From NCBI GenBank assembly GCA_964565725.1, contig CAZMGA010000001.1, forward strand, positions 17,620-49,619: DNA of 32,000 nucleotides, read 5' to 3'. The stretch is from an uncultured archaeon (GTDB lineage: Archaea; Iainarchaeota; Iainarchaeia; Iainarchaeales; 0-14-0-20-30-16). A model generated the notes under the pieces. The model did no database searches and was not told where the DNA came from. It saw only the letters and a list, made by a program, of their open reading frames with translations. Below, piece by piece: positions 31,734 to 32,000 of this stretch. Each line of letters starts with the position of its first letter. Positions within the stretch are counted from its first letter, which is position 1. The position numbers were made by a program, and so were the translations under genes.

Positions 31734-32000
31734 ATGGGTATATTTGAAGAACTTCTTATTAAAAGTGGATTGGATAAATTAGATTTGGAAAATAAAATAA
31801 AGGAATTTAAGGCAAAAAAGAAAGATTTTAATGATGAAATTGCATCTTTTTTTGTAGCTAAAGAATTAGGTATTGAATTAGATGATTCAAAAATAGTTAT
31901 TACTCCTTTAGACTTAATTGATGCAAACACAAAAAATGCAAATATATTAATAACTATTGAAAAAATATATCCTGAAAAAGAATTTAATACTAATGGAAAA
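31734..32000 (+). CDS. Replication protein A-like ssDNA-binding protein (N-terminal part; continues beyond the right edge)
   Basis: MGIFEELLIKSGLDKLDLENKIKEFKAKKKDFNDEIASFFVAKELGIELDD... is the typical archaeal RPA N-terminal helical module, followed by the start of an OB fold (ANILITIEKIYPEKEFNTNGK). The antisense ORF 31721..31930 is shadow sequence. Confidence 0.7.
   Translation, partial: MGIFEELLIKSGLDKLDLENKIKEFKAKKKDFNDEIASFFVAKELGIELDDSKIVITPLDLIDANTKNANILITIEKIYPEKEFNTNGK

Noticed and set aside
1-32000. Possible stop-codon reassignment or an alternative genetic code, as seen in some small-genome lineages.
   Set aside because: TAA, TAG (the HD N-fragment) and TGA (HAD, ArsR) each fall where homologous proteins normally end. 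No conserved protein in the window requires read-through.

Overview
Extremely AT-rich, very gene-dense archaeal chromosomal segment: about 36 protein genes plus one tRNA. Most spacers are under 100 bp, several start/stop pairs overlap by 4-20 nt, and GGTGAT/GGAGG-type ribosome-binding sites precede many starts. It carries hallmark archaeal information-processing genes: aRF1, Pelota, ABCE1, TFE, Dph2, Elp3, Dus, RPA, SepF and an initiator tRNA with A1:U72. These, together with split genes and tiny spacers, suggest a reduced-genome, DPANN-like archaeon (inference only). I saw no CRISPR array, transposase, integrase or rRNA. All three stop codons terminate recognisable genes, so the code looks standard. 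Points worth a second look: (1) An unusual concentration of translation termination, rescue and quality-control genes. This includes a NEMF/Rqc2 (NFACT) homologue split into two unlinked genes exactly at the tip of its coiled coil. (2) An orphan radical-SAM/SPASM enzyme tightly coupled to dph2, directly upstream of an aRF1-HAD-NFACT-N overlapping operon. (3) A tandem array of three divergent small GNAT-like paralogues with conserved basic C-terminal tails. (4) A divergent pair of PRC-barrel (CdpB-like) genes, with a rare G-rich upstream motif shared with a neighbouring orphan gene. Elsewhere in the window, SepF sits next to a lysine-rich H1-like coiled-coil protein and a membrane protein whose reading frame has no canonical start codon. 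(5) An nth-arsR-nifS-iscU operon with a Cys-rich ArsR regulator. (6) A KaiC-like ATPase coupled to PEP synthase, with PPDK 6 kb away. (7) A split SAMHD1-like HD phosphohydrolase with HD changed to ND, next to a DHH phosphoesterase and a mini CARF-like ORF. All functional calls come from by-eye motif recognition in the supplied translations. No searches were run.
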